The notes beneath the pieces were generated by a model. The model did no database searches. It was not told the DNA's origin and saw only the letters and a list, made by a program, of their open reading frames with translations. The position numbers and the translations under genes are program-made. Below are positions 1-9,138 of a DNA stretch of 64,000 nucleotides, piece after piece (the stretch's first letter is position 1; each line of letters begins with the position of its first letter). The stretch is from Candidatus Melainabacteria bacterium 17Bon1m (GTDB taxonomy: Bacteria; Cyanobacteriota; Vampirovibrionia; Obscuribacterales; Obscuribacteraceae): assembly GCA_032128875.1 (NCBI GenBank), contig JAVLKG010000003.1, forward strand, positions 856,974 through 920,973, given 5' to 3'.

Positions 1-615
1 GCGGAGATACTTACCGCGGTTCTTTTAGAGCCTGTGGGTAAACGCAGTAGAGAAACCCCTGCTGGAGAACATCCTAAGAAAGAACAAGAAGAGCTCGAAA
101 AGAAAGTTGCAAAAGGAGGGAGTAAAAGAGCTGAAAAAAATCCTCGCGAATTTCCAGCAAGGTTGCCGTCCGGAGAAAAGGACAGACGAATACTCCAACT
201 CTTGCAGAAAAAACCGCTCACCACCGATGAGCTCGTAACGTTAGCGAAGATGGCTCTGTCTGAGCTTCTCAGCATTCTAACAATGTTGGAGCTGGCTGGA
301 TTTATTAGAACACTTCCTGGAAATCGCTATGAGGTTATCCAGGAAACAAAAACAGCACAATCAGTACCGGTCGTCGGAAACACTATGGAAAAGCTGCTTA
401 AAGGTTTTATTCGCTTTGTAAAACTTACATTCCACACTATCTCTCGGAAATATTTGCAGCGTTATTTGGCTCGATACTGGTGTTTCATCGACAGAAAGAA
501 ATGGAGTTTCGAAACTCTTCTCGAAATGTGCGCGAGGGCGCCATATCAGAGTTCTGCGCAACTCGTTAGTTATGTTACGCCGCTCAAGGCAAAGGCTGTT
601 TTTGAAGACGCATAG
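1..615 (+). CDS. dprA: DNA-processing protein DprA, C-terminal part (5'-truncated by window edge), with an extra IS1595-transposase-like tail
   Basis: Frame is open from base 1. 'DRRILQLLQKKPLTTDELV...LSELLSILTMLELAGFIRTLPGNRY' matches the DprA C-terminal winged helix; ~75 extra aa follow. The catalytic Rossmann domain lies outside the window. Confidence 0.7.
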   Translation, partial: AEILTAVLLEPVGKRSRETPAGEHPKKEQEELEKKVAKGGSKRAEKNPREFPARLPSGEKDRRILQLLQKKPLTTDELVTLAKMALSELLSILTMLELAGFIRTLPGNRYEVIQETKTAQSVPVVGNTMEKLLKGFIRFVKLTFHTISRKYLQRYLARYWCFIDRKKWSFETLLEMCARAPYQSSAQLVSYVTPLKAKAVFEDA

Positions 616-645
616 GTGCAGGCTCGCACTGTGCCGGTTGTTAGT

Positions 646-1929
646 TCAATGTGTCTCTCTCAACTGTTTATATATTCCATCTGCTTCGGCAGTGCGGTTC
701 AGTTTGTACAAAAGGCGCGCATAGTCTTCCATAACTTTGCGTTGTTTTTGTGCGTCAATTCCGCTTGATGTTTTACCTATTTCCAGCGCTCGCGTCATAA
801 GAGGTTCTGCGTCTTTGAGCTTTGAAATAGTGACATACATCTGCGCATAGTCGTGGAGTAGTGAATGCAACTCAGCTGCCTGCGAAGTGTCCGACTCAAC
901 AATTGCAAGAGCAGTTTTGTAATTCTCTTCTGCTTCTTTGTAGTCATGTAATTCCACGGCACAATTTGCCAACTCATGGTGCGCTTTTGCAGCTTGTATG
1001 CTTTGCGCACCCGCCTTTGAGACTTGCTGGTCGAGAGCGTTCTTTAGATTGAAAAGACGTTCCTGCACCTGAGCTTCCCGCTCTTGCAGCTTGCGATTGA
1101 CCGCCGTGTCAACTTCTAACGGACGCAGCTGTGCACCGCCTGAGGAAATTTGATAATCACCTTGAGGCAAGGGCACACCGTTGAACTTCATTTTGTTCAC
1201 GAGGTCCTTGGTCGGTCCCGCTTCAAAAGTGAAAGTGACAGTCATCTTGTCACCTAAGCTGGCTGGAATGGCCGGATATGGTTCAGCCAGTTTAGCCGCA
1301 TGGAGCCCTGCGTCATCTACTATTTTGACGCCTGACGATTTAGCAACTTCGGCTTTGACTAATTTGCCCGATTGATCAACTGTGATTGCAATTGACACCT
1401 TGCAGTTTTTATCAACTTTTGGGTTGCGCCAAGCTGCGTTGACTTTTCGGCTAAATGCATTGATGTACGAGTCGTTGTCCGCTTTTGTTGACTGGTTGCG
1501 ATTGCCGGCATTAAATGTGTAGTTCAAAGTCATGCCATCTTTTGCCGAAGCGGGCATAGGCGGAAGCTGCCCTAGCGCGCTCAACGAAGCTATTGTCGCA
1601 TCGTCGAATGCTTGGTCGCCGGAGGGCTCTTTAATGGTTACGCTCTTGATTTTTCCAGATTGCTCAATCGATAACGATACGATTACTTTCTGCGCAGTAG
1701 TCTTTTCCGGCGCTTTCCACGCTTGCTGAATTTTGGGGCTGACCAACTTTATGTAAGTATCGATAGAATCTACACCTGGCGCTTTTGTAGGAGTTCTCAA
1801 TGTCGCCTTCGCGACGCCTTTTGCGGGTGCTTTTGATGTATCCGCTGCAAATGCTTCGTTGAATAGTGCATTCGAGACAAGCAAAATCGACCCAGACATT
1901 GCTAATAATTCCGCCGCTTTTTCTTTCAT
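646..1929 (-). CDS. Exported protein with two TonB/TolA C-terminal domains and a C-terminal TPR region
   Basis: Signal-like N-terminus; two copies of 'Y...V..KI/VxxAW..P...V.V...I/V.QSGK....V..SSG....DDA...A.....P.P.P'; helical TPR repeats 'YKEAEENYKTALAI', 'LKDAEPLMTRALEI'. Confidence 0.8.
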   Translation of the reverse strand: MKEKAAELLAMSGSILLVSNALFNEAFAADTSKAPAKGVAKATLRTPTKAPGVDSIDTYIKLVSPKIQQAWKAPEKTTAQKVIVSLSIEQSGKIKSVTIKEPSGDQAFDDATIASLSALGQLPPMPASAKDGMTLNYTFNAGNRNQSTKADNDSYINAFSRKVNAAWRNPKVDKNCKVSIAITVDQSGKLVKAEVAKSSGVKIVDDAGLHAAKLAEPYPAIPASLGDKMTVTFTFEAGPTKDLVNKMKFNGVPLPQGDYQISSGGAQLRPLEVDTAVNRKLQEREAQVQERLFNLKNALDQQVSKAGAQSIQAAKAHHELANCAVELHDYKEAEENYKTALAIVESDTSQAAELHSLLHDYAQMYVTISKLKDAEPLMTRALEIGKTSSGIDAQKQRKVMEDYARLLYKLNRTAEADGIYKQLRETH

Positions 1930-1998
1930 TGCTCTGTCTCTATAAGTTCCACCAGATTCCTAGAAGCCGCACCGAATGACACTGGAAGTAGGAGTCGA

Positions 1999-2358
1999 CT
2001 AAACAATGATTACTTCTTGCCCGCAGCTAATTTGATAGGAGCCTTGCGACGCATTTTGCCATTTGCACAGAATCAAATAATCACCATTGGTAAAATCAAG
2101 TTTTAAATCTTCGCTTTGATTCATTTGAAAAGACATTATCTGAGTATGTAAGAGGCGAAAAATCGAAGGATCTTTCAAGATTCCATTCGGCGTCCAGATC
2201 TCGAAAGCTTGATTACCAGCCAAGGCGAAGTAGATGGGACTGTGCACGGAGATGAAATCAGCATTGAAAGTTAGAACCAATTCTTCTCTGCCGAACGCAA
2301 TTTGAAAGAGCTCTTGCCCTCTCAGATATCCCAGTTCGCTCGCAATGTTGTCGCCCAT
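1999..2358 (-). CDS. Hypothetical protein (beta-rich, possibly DUF6188-like)
   Basis: 119-aa ORF with ATG start and purine-rich upstream sequence, co-oriented with neighbours; AT-richer than the window average. Confidence 0.55.
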   Translation of the reverse strand: MGDNIASELGYLRGQELFQIAFGREELVLTFNADFISVHSPIYFALAGNQAFEIWTPNGILKDPSIFRLLHTQIMSFQMNQSEDLKLDFTNGDYLILCKWQNASQGSYQISCGQEVIIV

Positions 2359-2377
2359 TTGATTTGTGTCTTCCTTA

Positions 2378-3088
2378 TTAGTGCCCGCTTGCTTTGTGTT
2401 GCTCCATACTCACGTACTCTTTGCTCATCAATTCGTAAGCGTTGTAGCGCACCTTTTCCAGCTCCACCGCTTTGTCGTAAATTGCAAGAGCCGTTTTCGC
2501 AATAGGAATATTCGTGCCTGAATCGGGTCCAATCAATTCTTGTAGCTCATCGAGTGATTTGTTAATTGCTCGAACATCACTTTGCCAGCTCTTCCAGAGC
2601 GGATTTATTTTTGCCTCTATATTTGGCGGTACAGCACGTCCGTTAGTGTCTACATCATGTATGTCATCAGTTAGTAGCTGGACAATTGGTTCTAGCGTGT
2701 TGATGTAAAAAACTAACCAGTCTTTTCTTGGTGGCATGTAGTTCTTTTTTTCCCTAAGCATCTCTGCGCTTATGGTGGTTGGGGAGAAATGAAGCGCTGA
2801 GTCGCCCGGCTTCACTACGACACGAGTGGCCTCCAAAAACAAATTGACGGCTTGTTGCTTAACTTGACCTACACTCAATCTGGTGTCGCGCAGATCAGAG
2901 AGCATCTCTTCCGGCAATAACTGCTGCTTATCGTCAACTGTTCGGCGACGCAAAAGCATTTGATGCTCGCTTGAGCGTCCGCTCTGCTTAATGTCAGTGT
3001 CTTCAGCATTTGCAGCCAGGCAGCCAGAGTGTCCGAATGTGGCAAAAGCCGCCACCAGAACCAACGACCTCAGCACTTCTTTCTTCAT
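2378..3088 (-). CDS. Exported hypothetical helical protein
   Basis: GAGGA RBS; signal peptide 'MKKEVLRSLVLVAAFATFG'; amphipathic helices. Confidence 0.75.
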   Translation of the reverse strand: MKKEVLRSLVLVAAFATFGHSGCLAANAEDTDIKQSGRSSEHQMLLRRRTVDDKQQLLPEEMLSDLRDTRLSVGQVKQQAVNLFLEATRVVVKPGDSALHFSPTTISAEMLREKKNYMPPRKDWLVFYINTLEPIVQLLTDDIHDVDTNGRAVPPNIEAKINPLWKSWQSDVRAINKSLDELQELIGPDSGTNIPIAKTALAIYDKAVELEKVRYNAYELMSKEYVSMEQHKASGH

Positions 3089-3119
3089 CTAATTGCAGTC
3101 CTCTAATTTCGAAAAGTGT

Positions 3120-3875
3120 TCAAAGCGCAAACAAATCTTCTGTTAGACCCTTATTTGTTTCCAAATTCTGAAATAGAACAAGCGCGTGCGGCACACCGTT
3201 TTGAAATGTATGCCAGCCGACTGGAGTTTTGGTGTCATTGCTGATGTACAAAACTTCCAAGATTTGGCTGTCTGCTGCTGGTCCGGCCCGCAGCACTATG
3301 ATGCTCACATCTCCCGGAAATGCTTTTACACTTGCTGACGGAGCAGTTGAAGCTGTCGCGCCGCTGCTTATACTGCTAGCCAACACATCATAAAGAGATC
3401 CAAAATCGCTTTGCGCCAAACTGTATCCAGTCGGCAATTGCAGAGTGCGCGAGTCCTCTTTCAATGTGATTTTCATAAAGCTGAGCGCGCCGCCGCCGCA
3501 TCCTTTTATGACACCGCTAGGTTCTCTGACAACGACCGAACCGTTCCTGTAGTCCTTGGTTTTAATAGTGGCTTTGAAAAGCCCTCGATATTTGTACAAA
3601 TAGTCAGCGCCGCCATAGTTTTTCCAGACGCCCCCTTTTCGAGTGTAGAGCTGGCAATAGCATTTGTAGTCGCGCAGTTTTGCCGCTTTGTCTTTGAGCT
3701 GGTTGATGAGAGCAGGACCAACAGAAGTTTTGGCCATGCCCTTCAAAGCGGTTGTATCTGGCAAGACTGCGTCCGGATCAATCTCGAGTGACGCGTTTGC
3801 CGCAACGCATGCAAAGAAAAGAGAGCAAAATGCGCCCACTAATGGAGCGACAAGTGATTTTGACTGCCAATTCAT
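3120..3875 (-). CDS. LolA-fold / DUF1571-like periplasmic protein
   Basis: Signal peptide from the internal ATG at 3875 (ORF track starts at 3935); C-terminal 'LYISNDTKTPVGW...FQNLETNKGLTEDLF' resembles LolA-like outer-membrane-sorting proteins. Confidence 0.6.
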   Translation of the reverse strand: MNWQSKSLVAPLVGAFCSLFFACVAANASLEIDPDAVLPDTTALKGMAKTSVGPALINQLKDKAAKLRDYKCYCQLYTRKGGVWKNYGGADYLYKYRGLFKATIKTKDYRNGSVVVREPSGVIKGCGGGALSFMKITLKEDSRTLQLPTGYSLAQSDFGSLYDVLASSISSGATASTAPSASVKAFPGDVSIIVLRAGPAADSQILEVLYISNDTKTPVGWHTFQNGVPHALVLFQNLETNKGLTEDLFAL

Positions 3876-3946
3876 AACCCTGCCTCGATATGCCCACGCA
3901 GCGATGACGTGCTTTGAAGAGCTTATTTCTAGCATATTTCGGCTAC

Positions 3947-4585
3947 CTACGGTCTTCTGTGCTTGCTCTTTGAAAGGACTAGTTTCTCAAGATCGCCGCA
4001 ATTGCATTTGTGGTGAGGGTCGAAGCTCATCGAGGTGCGGAACGCTTTAACTGCTTGCGGCACTTTCCCTTCTCCAATCAGATAGTAGCCAAGGTATCGG
4101 TGTCCTTCGATGGTACGAGGATTGAGCGCAATTGACTTCTTCAAATGCTGAAGCGCGCTAGTCTTGTCGCCCATTTGCAAATGTGACCAGCCCAGATAAG
4201 CCTCCGCTTCGGCATCTGGCTTTTGCGCGAGTTTCGCCCATAAGGGCAATGCTTCAGCAAACTCTCGCCGGGTCGTGTGAAACTTCGCCTGCTTACGAAT
4301 TTCATCTCGTTTTGCAGAAAATTCCTTAGGGTTCCTGGTTGCAGTTAAGGAGTGAATCGTTATCGATTGAGTATTCGAATCATATGGCGCTTCGGATGAG
4401 AGTGGCGCGGTTGCCGATTTCTGGGGCTTCGCTGACTTGTTTGCTGCTGCATGCACTTTGGCAGCAGGCACTTTGGCAGCAGGCACTTTGGCAGTGGGCA
4501 CTTTCTCTGCAGAAGCAAGTCTTCCTGCCACCGAAAAAGTGAGCACCAAGGCGAATGCAAACGCAGATGCGGCTTTAAATACCAA
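3947..4585 (-). CDS. Exported TPR protein with a KVPAA repeat linker
   Basis: Likely TTG start at 4585 avoids overlap with otsA and gives a signal peptide; TPR motifs 'AYLGWSHLQMGDKTSALQHLKKSIALNP', 'YLGYYLIGEGKVPQAVKAFRTSMSFDP'. Confidence 0.75.
   Translation of the reverse strand: MVFKAASAFAFALVLTFSVAGRLASAEKVPTAKVPAAKVPAAKVHAAANKSAKPQKSATAPLSSEAPYDSNTQSITIHSLTATRNPKEFSAKRDEIRKQAKFHTTRREFAEALPLWAKLAQKPDAEAEAYLGWSHLQMGDKTSALQHLKKSIALNPRTIEGHRYLGYYLIGEGKVPQAVKAFRTSMSFDPHHKCNCGDLEKLVLSKSKHRRP
4453..4504. repeat. 15-bp tandem repeat, ~3.5 copies (GCACTTTGGCAGCAG), encoding KVPAA
   Basis: Units start at 4453, 4468, 4483 and 4498 (partial). Confidence 0.9.
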
Positions 4586-4596
4586 CAGAGTTACTT

Positions 4597-6069
4597 CTAT
4601 TTCAAAGCGCCTGTATAGTCCAGCGGAATACCGGGATGTGCACTGTGACGTCCCTGAATCGACTGGCGCAAGAAGCCCAGAGCCCAATCGTGCAGCTGGT
4701 TCCAGCCTACTACCCGGCGCATTGAATTCATACGCCGACGCTTCTCTTCTACTTCCATGCTTAACGCTTGCGAGATAGCATTCGCAATGCTGTCGGGACT
4801 TTCCGGATCAACAATCAATGCACCCTGTGAAAGCTCAGCGGACGAACCTGTTTGTTTGCTCAAAATGAGAGAGCCTTGCTCGTCTTGTCGGCATGCCACG
4901 TACTCTTTAGCGATCAAATTGAGACCATCTTTGATGGAATTGACCAGCAGAACGTCGGCAGCCTGATACCAGGCAGCTAGCTCATTTTGATCGAGATATT
5001 CTTTCACGGCTAATATTGGCTGCCAGCCGTTCGATGCAAATCGTTTGTTGATTGCTCCAATTTTTGATTCAACAAGGACTTCATAGTCGCTCGGAGCTGC
5101 ACCTGGTGTTTTTACCGCGTGGCAAACCTGCACATAGTGGAAGCGACGATGCCAGATTTCGTTCGTTTCAAGAAAACGCTCGATTCCCTCGAGTTTTTCG
5201 AGAACGCCCTTCGTGAAATCGATGCGATCAACTCCAAGTAAAACTTGATTGGCCAATCTGTGTTTGACTCCCATTGCTTCGGCTTTTGGTTTATTGCTGC
5301 GAGCCAGCTTTTGCCAGAGCGAGAAATCGAGACCGAGAGGCATTACGACGACGCGTGTGTGTGTGCGACGGCGGCGAACTTCCATTTTGAGCACGTCAAC
5401 CTGTGCGTTCGGGAAGAGTTCTTTGACTGTATTTAAAAAGTTAGTGGCGTACTCGGTTGTATGGAAACCGATCAGCTTATTGCACAAAAGTGCTTCAACC
5501 AACTCTTTGCCGATTGGCGAGTTGATGATTACTTCCGGCTCCGGCCACGGTACATGCCAGAACTGACAAATTATCAAACCTGCCTGCATAGACATAAGTG
5601 GCGCTGCAAGCGGCACTTGATAGTCATGCAGCCAGCAGAGTGTGGGAAAACTTTGTGAGGAAACGCTCAAAGAATCAGATGCAACAATTTCATTGACCTG
5701 GCGAAACGCCTTCCAATTTTCCGGGTCGAATTTAGCTTTGTCGGTAATGCCATGCAAAAGAGGGAAAAGGTACTCGTTGGCAGCTTTCCTGTGTCTCTCT
5801 GCCAGTAGCGCCGGTACTTTGGGAGAATAGAAGGAAAAACCTTCGGTAGGTGTGTCTTGGTCTGGTAGAGACTGTCCTTCGATGGCGAACCAATGTACTT
5901 TCGTGCCCAGTCTCTTAACGACGGGCTCCAGGCTCTTGCTCACTCCGCCGGACTGCCCGGGACCAGTGTACGAAATTACCTTCAGGGTCGGTAAAAACAG
6001 CTCCAGTTCTTGAAAATCTTCTCGGGACAGTGGGGTTAAAAGAGGAGGTGACTGGAGCGATGAAGGCAT
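4597..6069 (-). CDS. otsA: Trehalose-6-phosphate synthase (GT20 family)
   Basis: Motifs WLHDYQ, FWHVPWP, IGFHT, GVDRIDFTKG, DGLNLIAKEY. Confidence 0.88.
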   Translation of the reverse strand: MPSSLQSPPLLTPLSREDFQELELFLPTLKVISYTGPGQSGGVSKSLEPVVKRLGTKVHWFAIEGQSLPDQDTPTEGFSFYSPKVPALLAERHRKAANEYLFPLLHGITDKAKFDPENWKAFRQVNEIVASDSLSVSSQSFPTLCWLHDYQVPLAAPLMSMQAGLIICQFWHVPWPEPEVIINSPIGKELVEALLCNKLIGFHTTEYATNFLNTVKELFPNAQVDVLKMEVRRRRTHTRVVVMPLGLDFSLWQKLARSNKPKAEAMGVKHRLANQVLLGVDRIDFTKGVLEKLEGIERFLETNEIWHRRFHYVQVCHAVKTPGAAPSDYEVLVESKIGAINKRFASNGWQPILAVKEYLDQNELAAWYQAADVLLVNSIKDGLNLIAKEYVACRQDEQGSLILSKQTGSSAELSQGALIVDPESPDSIANAISQALSMEVEEKRRRMNSMRRVVGWNQLHDWALGFLRQSIQGRHSAHPGIPLDYTGALK

Positions 6070-6471
6070 TCTTGTGAGGTACTCCGATAGAGTGGTCCCG
6101 CCACATACTGAGGCTAACCTCAGCTGGCAGGTGTGCAGGGATATGTTTTGCAGTTTCCGTCAACGCCGGCAGAAATCTCGAAAGCCGAGTCCGCCAAAAT
6201 TCCATCGGATTTTGCTGGTTTCAGGAATCTGTCTTGTCCGTAAAAGTTTGAAAGTTGGCTAAGACAAAAGTCAGCCGCCGTTCAAAATCGGGGTGCCGAA
6301 GAGTCCAAAGTGCAATTTCCAGATACATATAAGGTAAGGTATATGCGCTGGGTAATCAAGTTGATCTTTGTTCAATTAATCCCGCCTTAACACACTTTAA
6401 CGAATTGCTTGCTGATACCATCTGCGGTGCGAGAAATTGGACATCGGTGTATGTTTGTCGAACGTTTTCTT

Positions 6472-6516
6472 TCGCTTCAAAATCACAAAGAAAAACTCTC
6501 TGCGATTTTGAAGCGA
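6472..6516. terminator. Stem-loop downstream of rimM (possible terminator)
   Basis: TCGCTTCAAAATC (6472-6484) is the exact reverse complement of GATTTTGAAGCGA (6504-6516); no strong U-tract. Confidence 0.4.
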
Positions 6517-6618
6517 GCAATTTAAGATCGCATCGAGATCTTTTGAGAAGTTCTAGGTTTGAAGTTCTTTTTCGAGATCTTCTGGCTGAAGATTTTTGAG
6601 CCCAGCGATCTCATGGTT

Positions 6619-7161
6619 TTAGTCCAGCAGTCCGGGAAGATTGATTATCTCAATCCTGCGTCCTTTTATGTCTACGGTTGGAACTATTGCTTTGACGAAT
6701 GGAATCAGCACAGTGTCAGTTTTTGCGGCATCGGCACGTTTCAGTTCCAGGTACTCTCCCGTCTCGCCGATGATATCGCATACGGTGCCAAGCCTTTCTC
6801 CCTCTGTGGAAAATACATCGAGACCCAGTAGGTCCTTCATCCAAAACTCGTCTTCTTCCAGATCGCGTATTTGCTTTCGCTCAGTTGTAATCAAAGCACC
6901 CATGAATGTTTCGGCTTGTGTGCGATCGCAAATGTCTTCAAGCTTTACAAGCATGTGCCGCTTTTCGTATTTCATACTTTCGACTCGGTGATGCGTTTTG
7001 GCACCGGCTGCGGTGGCGAGTGAAACCGTCCTTACCTCACTCAAAAGATCCGGATTGTTCGTCTCCAGCCGTACTTTGAGAACACCCTTTAATCCCAGTG
7101 CTCCAATCACTCGACCGACTTGAAACTCGCTTTCTGTTTTCGATTTTTCGCGTTCAATCAT
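6619..7161 (-). CDS. rimM: Ribosome maturation factor RimM
   Basis: 'VGRVIGALGLKGVLKV', 'DRTQAETFMG', 'EDEFWMKDLLGLDV', 'LIPFVKAIVPTVDI', C-terminal 'PGLLD'. Confidence 0.95.
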   Translation of the reverse strand: MIEREKSKTESEFQVGRVIGALGLKGVLKVRLETNNPDLLSEVRTVSLATAAGAKTHHRVESMKYEKRHMLVKLEDICDRTQAETFMGALITTERKQIRDLEEDEFWMKDLLGLDVFSTEGERLGTVCDIIGETGEYLELKRADAAKTDTVLIPFVKAIVPTVDIKGRRIEIINLPGLLD

Positions 7162-7164
7162 ATT

Positions 7165-7833
7165 TCAAACGGTTATATTACTCTTCAATGTTGTCTTTTG
7201 CTCTGACTTCCATCTTTTGAAAAGCTGGTTGTCGAAACCAAATTGGTCGAGCACGCGACCAACTACAAAGTCGATTTGATCTTGCACTGTTTCAGGCTTG
7301 TGATAAAAGCCGGGTGAGGCGCAGGACACAATAGCGCCGGCCTCTGAAAGAGCCAACATGTTTTTCAATTGGATATGGCCAAAAGGCATTTCTCGCACGA
7401 CAATCATAAGCGGGCGTTTTTCTTTGAGGCAAACAGCAGCCGCCCTGTGGATGAGGTTTTCGGTCAAACCGGCAGCCAGAGCACCGAGAGTTCCTAGCGA
7501 ACAAGGGACGACGGCCATGCCTTTTGTTTTGTATGAACCGCTGGCCACTGTCGCGCCGTAGTTAGTCAGAGAGTGCACAGTCAGCGGCACATCCGCTGGC
7601 AAGTTCAAATGCTTGAGCAGTTCTTCTTTTAAGTTGTCTCCGAACACGAGATCGTTTTCTTCTTTCATAACCATCAGTGCCGCTTTCGAGACAAGCAGCT
7701 CGATGGGCTGATTCTTCGACAAAAGGAACTGAACCAGGCGAAGTCCGTAAACCGATCCTGAAGCTCCGGTTATGGCGACGACAAATGGCAGCGAGCGTGC
7801 GCTCTCGGCTGTGCTGTCCCCGTTCAAAGTCAT
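7165..7833 (-). CDS. ubiX: Flavin prenyltransferase UbiX
   Basis: 'VAITGASGSVYG', 'ASGS', 'PCSLGTL', 'NLIHRAA.VCLKE', 'REMP', 'PGFYHKP'. Confidence 0.95.
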   Translation of the reverse strand: MTLNGDSTAESARSLPFVVAITGASGSVYGLRLVQFLLSKNQPIELLVSKAALMVMKEENDLVFGDNLKEELLKHLNLPADVPLTVHSLTNYGATVASGSYKTKGMAVVPCSLGTLGALAAGLTENLIHRAAAVCLKEKRPLMIVVREMPFGHIQLKNMLALSEAGAIVSCASPGFYHKPETVQDQIDFVVGRVLDQFGFDNQLFKRWKSEQKTTLKSNITV

Positions 7834-7911
7834 TTTTCCGTCTCAGCAGTAGTCGGCTTCAAAACTCCATGCTCGGTCGAAAATCTAACTTGGTCAAAAA
7901 TCCGCGGCCTG

Positions 7912-9054
7912 TTAAAAATCCGTACCTGGAGCTTTCTGCCCATCAGGAGCAACGCCGGATGGAATTGTACCAGGCTGCCCGATGTATCCACCGCCGCCGC
8001 CATTGCCTTGACCGCCTTGCGGCTGTTGCGCACCGCCGGAACCGCCACCCTGCGGCTGTCCTCCGCTCTGGAACATCTGGTTACCGGGTATGAAGGAACC
8101 CTTCTGCGAAACGTCTGGAATCAGAGGTTGTTCTGGTTGTTGGTCTTGCTCTTCTTCCTCGGCGCCGGCTTTAGTTCCTCGTTTGGCGAATCGTCTGCCG
8201 CCGTTTCTATCGACCCGATCGGCGTCATCCATCGGGGAGTCCAGGACAGAAGTGCTTCCTGCCGCAGCCGCAATGCCCATTTTGAATGGCGCATCGATTC
8301 TGATTGAAAGAGGAGAGCCCGCCAGTATCCAGAGATTGTAATTGCGCTTTACCAGCGACCGGACATGAGACATGCCGGACATTTGAGTTCCCGCTTGACT
8401 GTTGCCGTAAATAGGATCTCGCATGATCTCCTGTGGCGTTACGACCTTTGGCGCCTGACCAGGCTTGGTGCGGAATCTTTGCGCCGCCCCCGGAGCGACC
8501 GCTTCAAAACCAGCCTGGGTGCCCACATAGGCTATACCATGCCCCAATTTTGTGTTGGCGCGCTCCATTCCACGACCGCGTCCGCGTCCGCCTCCTTGCG
8601 CCTGCGTTTCACCCGCTAACGACGCCACCATTGGATATGTCACGCCGTCTGGGGTTCTTAGTCCGGAAAGCTGCACTCTCAGCTGACCGGTCGGCTTTGG
8701 AAAACCTTTCTGGCGCGGCAGTTTGCTCGATGAAATGCATTCCACAACTTCACCGATTACTGAGGAACCCGCTGGAATTAGGACGTCGGTGCCGTTCGCT
8801 AGTACCGGCGATGAAACTTCAACTTCAAAACGCTCTCCCGGCTTGCTGCACGACGAGCCGATTGTATGGTCGATGCGCCCTTCAAAGTGAACCCCTATAG
8901 GAATGATCACTGTCTTGCCGTGCATCGTGTGCGCAGCGCGGTACAGGCTGTCGGCCGACTGATTTCGCTGCGCTTCCGCCGGCTTTAGTAAGCCGAAGCC
9001 AGATCCAGTCAGAGCCGCGATGCCCAGAGCGAATAATGCAGTTTTTGTCTTCAT
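7912..9054 (-). CDS. TrbI/VirB10-like exported protein with a Gln/Gly-rich tail
   Basis: Signal peptide 'MKTKTALFALGIAAL' (ATG 9054; track start 9069); 'IPIGVHFEGRIDHTIGS...GERF.VEVSSPV....VLIPAGSSVIGEV...GQLRVQLSGLRTPDG' and 'ILAGSPLSIRID' resemble the TrbI/VirB10 beta domain. Confidence 0.55.
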   Translation of the reverse strand: MKTKTALFALGIAALTGSGFGLLKPAEAQRNQSADSLYRAAHTMHGKTVIIPIGVHFEGRIDHTIGSSCSKPGERFEVEVSSPVLANGTDVLIPAGSSVIGEVVECISSSKLPRQKGFPKPTGQLRVQLSGLRTPDGVTYPMVASLAGETQAQGGGRGRGRGMERANTKLGHGIAYVGTQAGFEAVAPGAAQRFRTKPGQAPKVVTPQEIMRDPIYGNSQAGTQMSGMSHVRSLVKRNYNLWILAGSPLSIRIDAPFKMGIAAAAGSTSVLDSPMDDADRVDRNGGRRFAKRGTKAGAEEEEQDQQPEQPLIPDVSQKGSFIPGNQMFQSGGQPQGGGSGGAQQPQGGQGNGGGGGYIGQPGTIPSGVAPDGQKAPGTDF

Positions 9055-9138
9055 CTCGAAAGCCCTCAAAGAGGCATTTGTTTTAATCGATGTAACTTAG
9101 TGTAGATCAGGCTTGAGCGATTTTGCTCGCGGCGGCGT

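Noticed and set aside
385-645. Intact IS1595 insertion sequence
   Set aside because: Only a C-terminal-like fragment is present; no DDE core, Zn ribbon or terminal inverted repeats were seen.
4453-4504. CRISPR-like repeats (also 16413-16496 and 39480-39605)
   Set aside because: Short head-to-tail coding repeats without spacers; no cas genes.
6070-6618. ncRNA or small gene in the 550-bp gap between otsA and rimM
   Set aside because: Only one hairpin and short unsupported ORFs (e.g. a 30-aa minus-strand ORF); no recognisable RNA family.
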